Of a DNA stretch of 64,000 nucleotides, positions 61,867-64,000 are shown one piece after another. The number at the start of each line of letters is the position of its first letter. The stretch's first letter is position 1. Location of the stretch: contig CAWHBU010000004.1 of the NCBI GenBank assembly GCA_963827685.1, positions 704,001 through 768,000 of the forward strand. The letters run 5' to 3'. The stretch is from an uncultured delta proteobacterium (GTDB lineage: Bacteria; Desulfobacterota; BSN033; UBA1163). The translations under genes were made by a program, and so were the position numbers. The notes below the pieces were generated by a model that saw only the letters and a program-made list of their open reading frames with translations, searched no databases and was not told where the DNA came from.

Positions 61867-63000
61867 TTGGTTATGATTACTGTCCCAGCTCATAAAGTTC
61901 GACAATTTGGAGTGGAGTTTTACCAAACTTCTTTTACATCTGCGGATATTCAGAAGTTGGTTCAATTTGAAGTCTTAAATTATCCAACGGTGGGGGAAGT
62001 GGAGAAACGACGAAAAACCGGGAAAACCTCAGCCATCAATTGGGAGTTGCTGGAAAAACGGATCGGGAGGAGCGAGGTGGCCTTTCAGAGGCCGATGATT
62101 CGTAAGAAGATTCGTGAATTGGTGCAATATTATTCGGATTGTCAGGAGGCCCGAAATCTCCCTGCCATCCCGGGTGCCGTGATCATGATCACAGAGAAAC
62201 GGCTCAAATTCTCACCCGCCGGGAAAAATCCCAACCTGGGGATGCTTCAGATTCCAGAAGAAACTGGAATCCTGCGCTGTCTGGACGGTCAGCACCGATT
62301 GTTAGCCCTCAGCGCTCAAACCGAAAAAGATGTGGAGATCGATGTCCCTGCCGTCCTCTTCGACAGCCTGGATCCTCGTCAGACCGTCGAGCTTTTTGTC
62401 ACGATCAATGCCAAACATACCCGGCTCAATCCCTCTCATCTGATTTCGTTGGCGGGCCGAAGGCTTTACGCAGACCGGTATCAGGCCTTGGCTCATGACA
62501 TCATCCGTGAGCTCAATGAGGGGGAGAGTTCTCCCTTACGGGGGGAGATCAAAATATTGGGTGTCGGGAAGGGCAGAGTTTCTCAGGCCTCTCTGGCCGA
62601 TGAGATGGTGGACCTTTTTAGTAACATTGAGAAGCTTGGAGGAAAGGAGCGATTTAAGGATTTCGAACAGAACGGGAAACGATTTTTTCTGAACTACATG
62701 AAGGCCCTCTTAGCAGTCTTCCCAAAGGCATGGGCAGGCCGAAAGTATAGCATTAGAACCGGGGCAGCCCTCCGGGCCTTCGTTCGCGTGAGTCCCGATG
62801 TCATGGCACGATCGAAGGAGTTAAAAAATGACTCCTTCGACTATTTCGGCATACGGGAGGCGATCAAACCCTGGGGCGAGAGGATTGGAGAAGGCCGGTT
62901 CGAGACAGAGGGAGAATGGCGAAAGAAGCTGGCAGGAGGGACAAGGGGCACGGTAGAACTTCTCACCCGGGAACTCCGAGACGCCTTGAAGGCCCAATAA
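61867..63000 (+). CDS. DGQHR-domain (DndB/ParB-like) protein
   Basis: FQR, IP, LDGQHR, F.TIN motifs; start 61867 or 61873. Confidence 0.88.
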   Translation: MVMITVPAHKVRQFGVEFYQTSFTSADIQKLVQFEVLNYPTVGEVEKRRKTGKTSAINWELLEKRIGRSEVAFQRPMIRKKIRELVQYYSDCQEARNLPAIPGAVIMITEKRLKFSPAGKNPNLGMLQIPEETGILRCLDGQHRLLALSAQTEKDVEIDVPAVLFDSLDPRQTVELFVTINAKHTRLNPSHLISLAGRRLYADRYQALAHDIIRELNEGESSPLRGEIKILGVGKGRVSQASLADEMVDLFSNIEKLGGKERFKDFEQNGKRFFLNYMKALLAVFPKAWAGRKYSIRTGAALRAFVRVSPDVMARSKELKNDSFDYFGIREAIKPWGERIGEGRFETEGEWRKKLAGGTRGTVELLTRELRDALKAQ

Positions 63001-63224
63001 AAAATCCACCGAGTTCATTGAGCTCGATGGATTTTTTTGGAGAAAAGGAGTTAATGAGGAGGAAAGAGTTTTCTTCTATTCTTGAGTCCTACTATACATA
63101 ATCAACATTAAAAGAAGATTAAAATAGGATTAAAACTTTCTAACTATTGACCCCTGTTTGCAGTAGGGCAGGCAGGGCCGCTTTTTACCCCTTAGGAGAG
63201 GGTCGTTAGGAATGGAGGTGGCCT

Positions 63225-63782
63225 ATGGAAGAGGAAAGGAAGCTGACAGAAGACGAATTTGTTCTCCAGGCAATCAAAAATTTGAGGAAGGAGCCGTATC
63301 GGGGTATTCACAGCGTTTACAGTGGTTTTAATGAGGCCTTCAGAAAATATTTCGGAACAAACCCGGTTGAGGCCACTTCCAGATTGGCAGGTGAAGGGAA
63401 GATAGAGACAAGGCCCTTCAAAGGAGGGGCAATGCTATTCTTTCCCGGAGAGGCTCCGAAAAGACCTTCAGCCGATGAAATCGTTCAATTGATATTGGAA
63501 TCCGGGAATCCGTCCCTTTCTGAAGAAGAATTCCTCATCGAAGGGATAAAAAAACTAAGAAAAGAGCCTTACAGGGGTATCCACAGCGTGTTCAGTGGGC
63601 TCAATGATGCCTTCCGAAAGCATTTCAACAAAGACCCCGTTGAATTCACGGTCAAAATGGCTTCGGCAGGGAAGATTGAAATCATACCAATAAAAAGCGG
63701 TAAAGGGGTGATGCTCTACCTTCCTGATGAAGGGCCCAGGGGGCGTAAAACCGACGAAGCCCTAAAGAAGATTTTGGGATAA
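63225..63782 (+). CDS. Hypothetical protein with an internal domain duplication
   Basis: Two copies of EF...I..LRKEPYRGIHSV.SG.N.AFRK.F...PVE...GKIE; GGAGG RBS. Confidence 0.8.
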   Translation: MEEERKLTEDEFVLQAIKNLRKEPYRGIHSVYSGFNEAFRKYFGTNPVEATSRLAGEGKIETRPFKGGAMLFFPGEAPKRPSADEIVQLILESGNPSLSEEEFLIEGIKKLRKEPYRGIHSVFSGLNDAFRKHFNKDPVEFTVKMASAGKIEIIPIKSGKGVMLYLPDEGPRGRKTDEALKKILG

Positions 63783-64000
63783 TTTCTTAGAATATAACTT
63801 CCTGAATATGAGTTGACTATGGGGGGGTGGGGGGTTCTGGACGTTGAGAATAGGCACTTCGATGATAGATTTGTGATATGATTATGATGGGTTGGAGAGG
63901 TTTTTTGTGGCGCGCGGCGGTTTTGGATTTTTTTTAAAAAAAGGCGAATTCTTTCCAAATTGTTTGGACGAGAGAGAAGAGGTAAAAGTGAAAGAAAACA

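Noticed and set aside
1-64000. Genome-wide stop-codon reassignment
   Set aside because: TAG and TGA end many conserved genes at their expected positions; only one internal TAG and one internal TGA were found.

Overview
Bacterial chromosome segment, probably from a Desulfobacterota/deltaproteobacterial lineage (inferred from the lexA-dinB operon with a Geobacter-like LexA box, a Sec-type rhodanese and overall gene style). The right part (~41.7-59.4 kb) is housekeeping: DUF72, hisI, hisG, rlmD, accD, folC, lptD, rfbACBD, ugd, lpxH, gmhB, lpxL, yajD and a cyclophilin. The left and middle parts mix core genes (PHP, radical SAMs, lexA-dinB, a GH13, a ClpX-like ATPase) with accessory DNA: a type II R-M pair, an orphan BglII-like nuclease, IS3 and IS256 elements, an IS1380-like scrap, a compact two-tyrosine-recombinase element, integron-like att sites with no integrase, and several pseudogenes. 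Main observations: (1) a four-helix-bundle gene sits between inverted heptamer arrays, and gene-less inverted arrays with other units occupy many intergenic gaps; (2) a 2.15-kb twin-recombinase element has 12-bp terminal inverted repeats and a 7-bp flanking duplication; (3) a repeated attI-like module precedes different cargo genes; (4) two copies of a promoter-hairpin-terminator leader; (5) a UGA read-through rhodanese lipoprotein split by IS256; (6) an in-frame TAG in dinB; (7) REP-like units in frame inside lexA, and tiny CCTGCC...GGCAGG elements nested inside other repeats. No rRNA, tRNA or CRISPR array was recognised. All protein calls come from motif recognition by eye, with no database searches.
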